DNA of 64,000 nt from a bacterium (GTDB lineage Bacteria > Bdellovibrionota > Bacteriovoracia > Bacteriovoracales > Bacteriovoracaceae): assembly GCA_030425045.1 (NCBI GenBank), contig JAUHVL010000006.1:68677-132676 (forward strand), in the 5' to 3' direction. The position numbers and the translations under genes are program-made. This document shows, piece after piece, positions 28,220-37,575 of the stretch. The notes beneath the pieces were generated by a model. It worked only from the letters and a program-made list of their open reading frames with translations, was not told where the DNA came from and searched no databases. Numbering within the stretch: position 1 is the stretch's first letter; each line of letters opens with the position of its first letter.

Positions 28220-29280
28220 ATCGTATTAAAGTATTTTTTAAGAAGCTTTTCTTTTTTAGCACAACGAGGCGTTCCCCAACAAAGCTTAAAAGACTTTAAA
28301 AGCTTATCATCTTTGTAGATATTTACAGCAAATGGTTTCTTCATTAAGACTGAATGAATATAGGTAACATATGACTCAGCAAAATCATCTCCAAAATGAG
28401 TAACAGCATAGAGAGTTGGAAAATCTCTTTTTTCAATCTCACTATAAACTCTAAAGGCATCCTTCATTTCAAGCTTAGCACCCCAGTAGTAGACAACATT
28501 TTTTTGCTCAAAGAAGCTATCTTTGGCAAAAAACTTCGTTTTATCTCTACTTAATCTCCATGATAAATCAAAGAATGGATATTTCCCCTTCTTATACATT
28601 TTCTTCATATACTCTGGGTTCCATGGAGGATGAAAGTCTGAATTAGCGGAAGCAACATGAGCTAACTCATGAATTAAAATATACTGAATAGCGTTCTTTC
28701 TATTGTTATTTTTTTTATCTTCGATAATGGCTTCTATACGATAACGAGGATCAGCTTTAAAAGGCGTTGATTCTTTCCACGTTGCCCACTCATTGGCCGT
28801 TCTTTTCTTTAAAACTTCTGAGTCTAAAACAACATAAGCATATTTAATATTATCATTTTCATCATAGATATAATCAGTAATACCTGTTCCGCCAAAACCT
28901 TTCATTAAATATACACCTGCAAATCGAGTTTTTAGATGCTCTCTAGCAGACTTTGGTATCTCAGCAAAAGCTTGCTTAACCTCACGAATAAAACTATCTG
29001 TTACATTTGATTTACTTGGAACCTCAGGATAGTCGGCATGAAGATTTTGTAAGTGAATCATTTCAACCAGCTTTTGATCCGCAACATAAATACGTTCAGC
29101 TACAGGTTTGCTCATATATTTTTTCCAATAAGGAAGTTTCCAAGCGGGATGGTTTTTGATTTTATTTCGAAAAAATTGTTTACACTCTTTTGACTTTTTT
29201 TTCTTACACGTTTCAAAGTCAGCGCTAAAAGTTAGAGGCATCATCACTGATGCCAAGCCAAGAACGAATGGTCTTATCAT
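28216..29280 (-). CDS. Secreted HExxH protein (gluzincin-like), last gene of the Glt-like operon
   Basis: Signal-like MIRPFVLGLASVMMPLTFSA. ILIHELAHVAS is followed about 85 aa later by GDDFAESYV, a candidate third-ligand Glu. The ATG overlaps the upstream TAA (TAATG). Confidence 0.5.
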   Translation of the reverse strand: MIRPFVLGLASVMMPLTFSADFETCKKKKSKECKQFFRNKIKNHPAWKLPYWKKYMSKPVAERIYVADQKLVEMIHLQNLHADYPEVPSKSNVTDSFIREVKQAFAEIPKSAREHLKTRFAGVYLMKGFGGTGITDYIYDENDNIKYAYVVLDSEVLKKRTANEWATWKESTPFKADPRYRIEAIIEDKKNNNRKNAIQYILIHELAHVASANSDFHPPWNPEYMKKMYKKGKYPFFDLSWRLSRDKTKFFAKDSFFEQKNVVYYWGAKLEMKDAFRVYSEIEKRDFPTLYAVTHFGDDFAESYVTYIHSVLMKKPFAVNIYKDDKLLKSFKLCWGTPRCAKKEKLLKKYFNTI

Positions 29281-31259
29281 TATTTTATCCTAGGATAGAA
29301 ATTAAATGGCTGATTAACCTCTACACGTCCTCCACCAAGAGGCTTTGGAAACTTAATACCTTTAAGAACATTCACGACACAGTTCTTTACTGGTATCGGT
29401 AGAGTGGACATACTATCAACAGAAGCTTTTGAAACGTATCCAGATGCACCAATAATAAAGTTTAATAGAACTCTTCCATCAAATGCTCTGTTTTGCCTAT
29501 TTATTTCACTTTGATAACAGCCTCTAAATTGAGGAATATTAGCAATTAAAATTTGTCTAATAACATCGGGATCCAACCCACCCAAGACAACTGTTTTGTA
29601 TGGTAGACCTGCGGTGTAAATATTTCCTTTATCAAAAATACCCCCCGTCCCCTTAGTTCGATCAAGCTTTCCGTCTGTTGAACCTGAGATTGATCCTATT
29701 TGATTTGAAACTTTAGACATTTCTGCTTGTGCACCAATTGATGAAGTTGAAAGAGCCGTATTACCGACAGAGCCAGCATTACCCGTACTAGCAGAACGCA
29801 CCTTACTAAGACTTCCACCTTTAGTGAGAAGGTTGTTCAGGCTACTTTTAAAATCTGCCGATTTATAAGTCTGAACATTTCCTTTCGCCTTAGAGACTCT
29901 CTGTGCTTTCTTTTGATTAACCGTACTTGCCTTTGCACTTGATGATTTGTTCATCTTTGTAACCGGTCTTACAATATCTTTTTTAACCGTTTTACCTTTA
30001 TTAGGCTGTACTTTTTTTACTTTTCCAACCTGCTTCGTATCTTTAACACCTTTGGCAGATTTCATAGCTTTTTTATCAGGGGCAACTTTTTCGTTAGGAA
30101 CTTTATCAACTTTCTTTTTAATCTGCTTTTGCTTAGGTGATTTCTGTAATTTCTTTGGAGCTTTTTTAGTTTTTGCAATAGCTGGATGACTTGAAAGTAC
30201 AAGCTTCTTCTTATAAAGAATCGTCGCAATTCTTTCAGGCGCTTTCTCTTTTTCTATTTCTTCATCAACTTCAAAGAGCGAAACAGCTCCTAAGAAAAAT
30301 AATATCGGTAGTAAAATTAAGAATAAATATTTTCTTAAATCTTTATCTCTACCAAACATTGGCGCTGCTGCTACTTTTGGTGGCGCCTCTGTTCCCCTTA
30401 CAAAGATTTGAATGTCATTATTTTTCATTCTAATGATTTCATCTTTTCCAACGAAAAAGGGAGCATCTGGTTTAAATTCTTTCTCTTTAACAAAAGAATA
30501 AAAGTCATAGCCAGGTAATGCATAAACAAAAATGTCTTTACCTCTAACTTCAATAATGGGCTCTTTTTCTTTCTCTCCGAGGTAAGGGTATTCAATATCT
30601 TGACCTCGGGCCTCGGAACCAACCATATGGTAAACACCATCAGTGTCGGGTAGATAATCGACACTATGAATTCTATCTTTATGAACAACAATAATTTCAG
30701 CAGCAGTGTGAGTAAAATCATATTTAAAAATGGGATAGAGTTGATCAGCATCTTCAAAAATATACTCAGAGAAATCCGCTTTACTATCTTTTGCAAGAGG
30801 ATAAACGATACGTGGTAATGCTTTATCTTCTTCTGTTAAGCCACCAGGCATTTGAGGCAATGTTCTAGTCAGGTTCTCAACTTTAGACTTATTATCGGGA
30901 TCAAGCATTTCTAGCGGCGGCGGTAAAATATCGCTTTTAGAAAAGTGTTTTAACTCAAACTCGTGAGAAGCAAATCTAATTTTATCACCTAGCTTAAGCT
31001 CCTCTGCAATAACAGAACGCCCATTTACGTAAGTACCATTGGTACTATTCATATCATAGACTTTAAATCGATCGTTATCTTTGAACTCTAGAACCGCATG
31101 AATAGAGGAAATGTTTGGAAAAGGAATGACAATATCACAAGCATTTCCCCTACCAATTAAAATCCTTCTCTTTTTAATCGTCTGTGCACGCATTTTACTG
31201 CGATCATCAAGAGGAAATAACTCAAAATTCATTTCAATCTTATTTACTTCTATACCCAC
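29280..31259 (-). CDS. FHA-domain / single-TM / Lys-rich linker / TonB_C-like (AgmX/PglI C-terminal type) protein; GltG-like
   Basis: FHA: ILIGRGNACDIVIPFPNISSIHAVLEF...YDMNSTNGTYVNGRSV. TM: YLFLILLPILFFLGAVSLF. C-terminus: GGLDPDVIRQILIANIPQFRGCYQSEI...GRVLLNFIIGASGYV...CVVNVLKGIKFPKPLGGGRVEVNQPFNFYP. Confidence 0.75.
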   Translation of the reverse strand: MGIEVNKIEMNFELFPLDDRSKMRAQTIKKRRILIGRGNACDIVIPFPNISSIHAVLEFKDNDRFKVYDMNSTNGTYVNGRSVIAEELKLGDKIRFASHEFELKHFSKSDILPPPLEMLDPDNKSKVENLTRTLPQMPGGLTEEDKALPRIVYPLAKDSKADFSEYIFEDADQLYPIFKYDFTHTAAEIIVVHKDRIHSVDYLPDTDGVYHMVGSEARGQDIEYPYLGEKEKEPIIEVRGKDIFVYALPGYDFYSFVKEKEFKPDAPFFVGKDEIIRMKNNDIQIFVRGTEAPPKVAAAPMFGRDKDLRKYLFLILLPILFFLGAVSLFEVDEEIEKEKAPERIATILYKKKLVLSSHPAIAKTKKAPKKLQKSPKQKQIKKKVDKVPNEKVAPDKKAMKSAKGVKDTKQVGKVKKVQPNKGKTVKKDIVRPVTKMNKSSSAKASTVNQKKAQRVSKAKGNVQTYKSADFKSSLNNLLTKGGSLSKVRSASTGNAGSVGNTALSTSSIGAQAEMSKVSNQIGSISGSTDGKLDRTKGTGGIFDKGNIYTAGLPYKTVVLGGLDPDVIRQILIANIPQFRGCYQSEINRQNRAFDGRVLLNFIIGASGYVSKASVDSMSTLPIPVKNCVVNVLKGIKFPKPLGGGRVEVNQPFNFYPRIK

Positions 31260-31268
31260 ATTCCCATC

Positions 31269-31526
31269 CTAGCGAATTCGTTCAATTCCTTTTTTGATCT
31301 CAGCATTGAAGTTTTTTCTATATGGAAGAGGATTTTTAAACTTAGGCTGATAGCGACTACTAATACTAATATCACCCGGAGCACCTAATTCCCCTTCAAT
31401 AACCATGTCTTCAAAGTCAAACTTTTCATATTTCTTATATTTGTAAATTATTTTTTGTTTTCCCTTTTGCTGAGCTTTTACACCAAGAGATAGAACTAAA
31501 AAAAGAGAGAGGATAAATACTTTCAT
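31269..31526 (-). CDS. Small secreted protein (GltF-like by position)
   Basis: 85 aa with signal peptide MKVFILSLFLVLSLGVKA. Positioned between the TPR lipoprotein and the FHA/TonB_C genes, as gltF is in Myxococcus. Its start overlaps the upstream gene's stop by 4 nt. Confidence 0.4.
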   Translation of the reverse strand: MKVFILSLFLVLSLGVKAQQKGKQKIIYKYKKYEKFDFEDMVIEGELGAPGDISISSRYQPKFKNPLPYRKNFNAEIKKGIERIR

Positions 31527-32434
31527 TTCTTACCTCGCTTATGGATATAAGACATAATTCTTTGATAATAAGCTTTTTCTTTTTGCGTATTCATTTGCCT
31601 CATTTCATCGAGAACGTCTTTGGCATCATCAATATTATTATTTAGTGCTAACCCCGCAGCATAATTAAGTGCAATCTTTGGATTTTTTCTATAATCTCTA
31701 TCAAGACTTGAATAAAGATTTAATGCTCTATTATAGTCTTTCTCTAAAAGACTAACGAATGCGTATGAGGCAACAATATTAGGATCATCATCATTTTGTT
31801 TATACAATGTACCTATTAACTTTTTAGCCTTTGAAACCAAACCAAACTTTGTATAAATAAGAACTTGATTTAATACAGGCGTTACAGAGAAGCCGCCCAT
31901 ACTAGCTGCTTTTTGAAAGCTTACCAGCGCTTTTTTATATTCACCTTTGTAAAGATAAACAACACCTAAGTTGTTAACAGGAGGCAAATAACTCTTCGAT
32001 ATCTCTCGAGATTGATTGTAATAAAGAAGCGACTTTTTAACCTTTCCCATTAATAGCTGACATGTTCCAACGCCATTCCAAAAACCGGGGTGTTTTCTAA
32101 ATTTTCTGTTGATCGCCTGAAATGTTTTTTCAAATTCAGAAAAGTTTTTTCTATAACAAAGACTTATCATCCCTTCAATCGAGCTATCTTCATAATCATC
32201 GAGGTCTCCCTCATCAGCGAATTGTAAACTTTCTGAAGAGTTCAAATAATCGCCATCAGCATTTTCAAAATAATCATCCGTTTCATCGAGTAGCACAGGA
32301 TCAGGGGAGATAAAGTTATCATTATTCAGATGAGAAAATTCATCTTTTACTTGCTCGCTCTTTTGTGCTGTCTCTTTTTTATTAGAAGCACACGAAACAA
32401 AAAGTAGGAGAAGGACAAGATTAATAATTTTCAT
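31523..32434 (-). CDS. TPR lipoprotein (GltE/AglT-like by position)
   Basis: Lipobox LLLLFVSC, an acidic N-terminal region, then TPR-like repeats (GVVYLYKGEYKKALVSFQKA..., YAFVSLLEKDYNRALNLY...). Confidence 0.55.
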   Translation of the reverse strand: MKIINLVLLLLFVSCASNKKETAQKSEQVKDEFSHLNNDNFISPDPVLLDETDDYFENADGDYLNSSESLQFADEGDLDDYEDSSIEGMISLCYRKNFSEFEKTFQAINRKFRKHPGFWNGVGTCQLLMGKVKKSLLYYNQSREISKSYLPPVNNLGVVYLYKGEYKKALVSFQKAASMGGFSVTPVLNQVLIYTKFGLVSKAKKLIGTLYKQNDDDPNIVASYAFVSLLEKDYNRALNLYSSLDRDYRKNPKIALNYAAGLALNNNIDDAKDVLDEMRQMNTQKEKAYYQRIMSYIHKRGKK

Positions 32435-35301
32435 TAGCGTCGCCCTCCCTTATCCATCAGAATGCCTGTTTTCAATGGTAAGAATTCTAGCGGCAACTCT
32501 TCGTTATAAAGCTTTAATAATTTATAATTTTCAAACGTCAGTATTTCCTCTTTATAAACTTTATGAATTGCCTCTTGCCGATATTGCTCTGCCTTTTGCC
32601 TTAAAGGCCCAACAAGGCTACTCATTTGAGATTTAAATGATTGAATATAACCCTGAGGTTTACCCGAAGGAGTGAAATTACTAATTTCTTCAGCGACATT
32701 TAAATGTGTTCTCACCAAAAGCTGATAAGTAGCAACAATACCTTTACCAGAACCCATCCTAAATATTTCAAGGGCCTTGGAGACAATATCATCGAGATAC
32801 TTAAATTTTGATTTCAAGCGACTATTAAAACGCTTCTCAGGAAATGAAAGTTTCACGTTATTTAGTCTCTTCTCATATTTTTCAAGTGTATTCAGCTTTA
32901 CTTCGACTAGTATATCTAGCGCATCTAAAGGAAGAGGCTCCTTAGATCGCTCAACATTTTTATACATATCCCAAATTTTCTTATCTAATGCGACACTTCG
33001 TGACTCTCGCCCAATAGACTTATAGGCTCTTGAAACTTTGTAATAAGGCACTATTAAATGAGGAAGGGCCTTTCTATCATTCTCAAGAGGACCAGCAATC
33101 TTCAAAAGTGTATCCCATCTTTTTTGGGCCATTAGCTCTTTTACGATATCTAATCCAGATTCTCTTTTAATTTTGGAACTTATTCCACATTTATCCATCT
33201 TCTTGTATACGTCGAGTGCCTCATTTACTTTTCCATCAGAGAGATAAAGGACTACTGCATTCTTAGCAAAAGAGTTTTTATTCTTTGCTTTTCTTCCACA
33301 TAATTTATTAAGAGTAATAAAGTTTAGATTAGCACTTTTATCTGTTTGATTTTGATAAAAAAGCTCGTTTCCAAAAAGAACGAAACTGTTTTCAAATTTT
33401 TGAACTTCAGCTACAGTCATTTTTTTAACGGCATTAATACTCCAATCATACATATTTTTAGCATCACCTAATTCATAATAAAGAATGGCAATATTATAGG
33501 CGGCATTTCGCTTGGCCCTTTTCGTAGAATCACTTGATTTATAAATCGAGTGGTACCCTCTTAAAGCCTGAACTTTGTCACCTGTTGAGCTAAATTTTTG
33601 TACATTCTCAAATTGTAGTGACAACAGGAGCAACTGAACCTTCTCGGCAAACTTTTTACTTACACGAAAGTCACCTTTATTAATGCGAGATACCCAGACT
33701 TTTATATTACTCTTATCTTTTCTCTCTTTATAATAATCAATGATTTCAGCAACCATCACTTCTGATTTCTTATGATCTTTTGGGAAGTACTTTTTAAAGC
33801 GATACACTAATCTTTCAGCATTTTGTATTTCACCCTTTTCCATATACGCCGTAAAGAGCCTTTGATAGATCCGGTAAGCTCTTTTATCGTTGGGATTTAC
33901 CTCAAGGTAATATTCAAAAGATGAAATAAGATAATTATCCTTCGTTTGTTGAGAAATTCCTCTTTTCCCAAGACTTGCAAGAAGACCATTTAAAGCAACT
34001 CCAGCTATCTTTTTATCATTTGCTGCTCTTGAGCCTTTATAAGCAGAGTCGTACTTTTCAATGGCCTGATCGAATAACCCGACAGCATAATTTGTTTCAG
34101 CAGCATGGAACTCAGACAAGTACTTTTTTTCTGGAATCAATTCTTCTGACATAGCAAAGTAAGAGACAGCAAGTGCTGCTTTACGCTTTCTCACTTCAGG
34201 TAATCTTACATATGTTTTTCCAGCGACTTGCTTTTGTAATGAAGCCGACATTTTTTTAACATGATAAATGAGATTCTCTTTTTGATCTTTATTTAACATT
34301 CCTTTTTTATAATAGGAGAACATTCTCTCTGTAACTTTATAATGTTTTGGATAATCCAACGTATCTTCGTATAGAGTTAATAGAGTTTCATCAATTTTTA
34401 GTTTTTGCTGATCATTATCTGCATGAGAAAAAGCTTTTGTAAGCGCCCTATCCGCTTCTTTATTTTTACCTTTACTCATGAGATGTTTTCCCACACCGAG
34501 TAAACTCTTTGAAACATTTCGATCATTATTCTTATAGAAACCAACTGCTTCATCCACTTTTCCCATGTCAGCGTAGAAATAAGCGAGATCTCTTTGAATA
34601 GAATCTCTTAAGTCGACATAGTTTCTATCCGCACTCAAAGCATTGGCCTGTTTCATCAGTTTGATTGCTTTATATTTTTTTCCAGTTCTGAAGTAACACC
34701 ACGCTAAGTTAAAAGCATCCTTAGTCCACCATTTATCTTTTTTAAGCTTAAGGGCGCCTTCATAAAGAGGTATCGCTTGATTATAGCGATACATATTGAA
34801 ATATATTTCTGCTAGAGCAAGTTTTGACTTTCTATTTATATCACTTTTGGGTGACGATGTTTTGATCGCTTTTTCAAAAAACTTCTTTGCCTTATTAATC
34901 TGCTGGAACTCTTTCGCATTATAAGCAAGAACAAAGTAAACATATCCTCGTCTTTTATAGCGAGGAAATCTTTTTAATAAGTAATAACAAGTCTTCTGTG
35001 CATTGGTGAAGTTTTTAGTTGATTCTTGAAAGTAAGAGCTCTTTTTAACCCTTGTTCTTTTTGCAGGATCGATCTGAAGGTATCTTTGATTTTCATTCTC
35101 CCGAATTAACCTTGCTTTTTCTAAATATAACTCAGCCATTCTTAGAAGGATGTCCGGCTTCTTACTACCAATTTGTTTATTAAGCCTACTTACTTCACTT
35201 AATTCTTCATTGATAATTCGTAATAATCGATCTCTTCTTCCGTCTGCAAAGACTGATGTAGATAATATAAAAAATAGAATAATTAACGATTTAAACTTCA
35301 T
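32434..35301 (-). CDS. Large secreted TPR-repeat protein (GltD/AgmU-like by position)
   Basis: Signal peptide MKFKSLIILFFILSTSVFA. Many TPR-like A/Y/F-spaced repeats throughout (LAEIYFNMYRYNQAIPLYEGAL, LAWCYFRTGKKYKAIKLM...). 1-nt overlaps at both ends. Confidence 0.6.
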   Translation of the reverse strand: MKFKSLIILFFILSTSVFADGRRDRLLRIINEELSEVSRLNKQIGSKKPDILLRMAELYLEKARLIRENENQRYLQIDPAKRTRVKKSSYFQESTKNFTNAQKTCYYLLKRFPRYKRRGYVYFVLAYNAKEFQQINKAKKFFEKAIKTSSPKSDINRKSKLALAEIYFNMYRYNQAIPLYEGALKLKKDKWWTKDAFNLAWCYFRTGKKYKAIKLMKQANALSADRNYVDLRDSIQRDLAYFYADMGKVDEAVGFYKNNDRNVSKSLLGVGKHLMSKGKNKEADRALTKAFSHADNDQQKLKIDETLLTLYEDTLDYPKHYKVTERMFSYYKKGMLNKDQKENLIYHVKKMSASLQKQVAGKTYVRLPEVRKRKAALAVSYFAMSEELIPEKKYLSEFHAAETNYAVGLFDQAIEKYDSAYKGSRAANDKKIAGVALNGLLASLGKRGISQQTKDNYLISSFEYYLEVNPNDKRAYRIYQRLFTAYMEKGEIQNAERLVYRFKKYFPKDHKKSEVMVAEIIDYYKERKDKSNIKVWVSRINKGDFRVSKKFAEKVQLLLLSLQFENVQKFSSTGDKVQALRGYHSIYKSSDSTKRAKRNAAYNIAILYYELGDAKNMYDWSINAVKKMTVAEVQKFENSFVLFGNELFYQNQTDKSANLNFITLNKLCGRKAKNKNSFAKNAVVLYLSDGKVNEALDVYKKMDKCGISSKIKRESGLDIVKELMAQKRWDTLLKIAGPLENDRKALPHLIVPYYKVSRAYKSIGRESRSVALDKKIWDMYKNVERSKEPLPLDALDILVEVKLNTLEKYEKRLNNVKLSFPEKRFNSRLKSKFKYLDDIVSKALEIFRMGSGKGIVATYQLLVRTHLNVAEEISNFTPSGKPQGYIQSFKSQMSSLVGPLRQKAEQYRQEAIHKVYKEEILTFENYKLLKLYNEELPLEFLPLKTGILMDKGGRR

Positions 35302-36743
35302 TATTTACATTCCGATTTAAGAGAGAAGACGTAATCACCAAGTTCGTCGGCCCAAAACTCTCCTCTAAAATCCCAAAAATATTGTTTTTCATTTCTTTTT
35401 AAATGTTTAATATCACCTCTAGACCTAAAGCCATTGTATTCCGTGTTATAAACCATAGACTTCTCTCGAGCTAAAACTTCTAATTTAATATAACTCATTC
35501 CTTCAAAGTTTTTGTCTAGATGACGTAAATTTGTGTTAATTGTTTTACGTACATAAGCACCAATTAAATCTCTTTGCATCAAAAGCGAATCTTTAATATT
35601 TTTTGTAAAAATACTTGATGCTCTATTTCCTGAAAATTGTTTTATCTTTTCAATTTCACTTTTTCCTCTTTCAAAACTTTCAGTCATCTCGATATAACTT
35701 GAATCTTTTACAATCGATCTCAAAAGACTATTTAACAAACTATTTCCAGACATCTTTCCCTCTTTAAAAGATTTTGCTAGCAAATAGTAATACTTATAAT
35801 CTTTTCCATGCTTATCCATAAAATTTTTAACTTTTAATGATTTGTTTTGAAATTTATCATAGAACTCATTTATCACTTTTTTTGTATCATCCCATAAACA
35901 TAATTCCATATAGGTCATGGCCCTGAGGACATCAATTTCGGGGTTAAACACAAAATTTAAAATAGGAGCTTTATAGGTTACGAGTTTTCCAAGGGCCCTA
36001 TTGTAATCTCTTAAATAGAAACTATTCCACGCTTCTTCAAAAAGAATTTCAGGCCATATAAAACTATCTTTTGGTAAGTCGAGATAACTTGAAACGGCAC
36101 CTTCAAATTTACCGGCAGCAAACTGTGCTCTTGCCACACCAACGACACAATAGTCATGATTCAATGAGAGTTGTCTATACCGAGAAGGATTATCTGAATT
36201 ATCACTCATCATTGATTTTGAAACTTTTACACATCTTTGATAACTTGCAATTGCAGACTTTTGTCTTTCAAGAATACTGAAAATACTCGCCTCTAACATC
36301 AGGGCAAAAGGCTTCGCAGGATGGTTAGCAGGAATCGTTTCATTCAAATATTTTAAGGCTTGTTTATATCTTTTCTTTCTGAAATTCTTTTTCGCTAGAA
36401 TATACATGATAATTGGCGCACGAGAATTATCTAGAATATTAGAGCTCAGTATCTCAAATGGCCTAACACCAACTTCAGTAATAATTTTATCAATTTGTTG
36501 ATCTACTTTTTTACTTCTAATGTTTTTAAATCTCGTTAGATATTCTTTTACATAGGGCATTGCCGTGAAGTACATTTCATCTTCAATAAAATTTGAAATG
36601 ACTTGTGGGTAATACTTGGGATCACCTTTTGTTGTCCTCAATAAATCCCACGCATCATTAAGCCCAGCACTTACTGAAAACATACTAACCATACTTGTAA
36701 GTAGGATTATTCGTTTTAGTTTAGTCATTTTTTTAATTCCCAT
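35301..36743 (-). CDS. Secreted TPR-like protein (GltC-like by position)
   Basis: Signal-like MTKLKRIILLTSMVSMFSVSAG, with helical-repeat content. Follows the OM barrel gene after a 1-nt gap. Confidence 0.5.
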   Translation of the reverse strand: MGIKKMTKLKRIILLTSMVSMFSVSAGLNDAWDLLRTTKGDPKYYPQVISNFIEDEMYFTAMPYVKEYLTRFKNIRSKKVDQQIDKIITEVGVRPFEILSSNILDNSRAPIIMYILAKKNFRKKRYKQALKYLNETIPANHPAKPFALMLEASIFSILERQKSAIASYQRCVKVSKSMMSDNSDNPSRYRQLSLNHDYCVVGVARAQFAAGKFEGAVSSYLDLPKDSFIWPEILFEEAWNSFYLRDYNRALGKLVTYKAPILNFVFNPEIDVLRAMTYMELCLWDDTKKVINEFYDKFQNKSLKVKNFMDKHGKDYKYYYLLAKSFKEGKMSGNSLLNSLLRSIVKDSSYIEMTESFERGKSEIEKIKQFSGNRASSIFTKNIKDSLLMQRDLIGAYVRKTINTNLRHLDKNFEGMSYIKLEVLAREKSMVYNTEYNGFRSRGDIKHLKRNEKQYFWDFRGEFWADELGDYVFSLKSECK

Positions 36744-36744
36744 C

Positions 36745-37488
36745 CTAGAAATTTACTCCAATCGAAGCAGCTAAATCCCAGTTTGAATACCACTCTTGTC
36801 CGGCATCTCTATTTAAAGTATTGGTCGCACCATTTACTGTTTCAACGATATCAGCCTTATAATGGAACACGGTCATATCTAATCTTAGGTTGAAGCTTTC
36901 ATTGATAAAAAATTTCATCCCAACATCCCATAAAATTCCATTATGAGTAATTGTTGTATCGTCATTTCCTGCACCAATAAATTCATCTGTGTTATTTGTT
37001 TCTTGCATTGATCCGTAACCAAGTCCGAATATCCAATCGAAATATATAATCTTATTAAATGTATTAATTTTTGAGTAGAAAGGTGACCAAAGAATCATTC
37101 CTCCCATGTACTTATCTACGATTCGACGAAAAGGAATCGACCCACTTGCCCCTCTATTTCTAACACTCTCTGCAGTGACATTTTCACTACCACTATTTTT
37201 GGCATAAACACCTTCAAACCCCCATTCTTCTCCAAAGAAATACCCAATCCGGCCTTGAAGAGTTGTACCATCGACAAAAGCACCAGATAGAGTTTTACCT
37301 CCTCCTAAATTCAGATGAACTTTTCCCTTCTTTCTGTATTTTCTATTTTGTAAAACATAAACTTCTTTATCTGGATCAAGCCAAGTAAAGCTATAAGTAT
37401 CTGATTCACCTGCATGAATATTTAAAGGTGAAAATAAAAACAAAAATACAAACAGGGATACAAGAGATTTAAAATTTAAAATAGACAT
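36745..37488 (-). CDS. Outer-membrane beta-barrel protein (GltA/GltB-like)
   Basis: Signal peptide ...PLNIHA. Alternating hydrophobic beta-strand pattern and Gly/aromatic girdle. C-terminal ...DLAASIGVNF ends in Phe, the OMP signature. Confidence 0.65.
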   Translation of the reverse strand: MSILNFKSLVSLFVFLFLFSPLNIHAGESDTYSFTWLDPDKEVYVLQNRKYRKKGKVHLNLGGGKTLSGAFVDGTTLQGRIGYFFGEEWGFEGVYAKNSGSENVTAESVRNRGASGSIPFRRIVDKYMGGMILWSPFYSKINTFNKIIYFDWIFGLGYGSMQETNNTDEFIGAGNDDTTITHNGILWDVGMKFFINESFNLRLDMTVFHYKADIVETVNGATNTLNRDAGQEWYSNWDLAASIGVNF

Positions 37489-37540
37489 TTCACGATTCCT
37501 TCCTGAAATTCGAGATCAACCTAAATGTTGATTACTATTC

Positions 37541-37568
37541 ATTTTATCACAGGGAAGAGGCTCCGCAA
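37541..37568 (-). promoter_or_regulatory. Candidate sigma-70 promoter for the Glt-like operon
   Basis: The minus strand reads TTGCGG-N16-(TGA)TAAAAT, an extended -10-like element, in the 87-bp gap after addA. RBS GGAAGGAA precedes the barrel gene. Confidence 0.3.
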
Positions 37569-37575
37569 CATCCTG

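Noticed and set aside
29947-30796. Alternative-frame ORFs (80, 80 and 123 aa) inside the FHA/TonB_C gene
   Set aside because: They are produced by the low-complexity A/T-rich Lys-coding stretch and translate to Phe/Leu-rich nonsense. The main frame has clear FHA and TonB_C-like domains.
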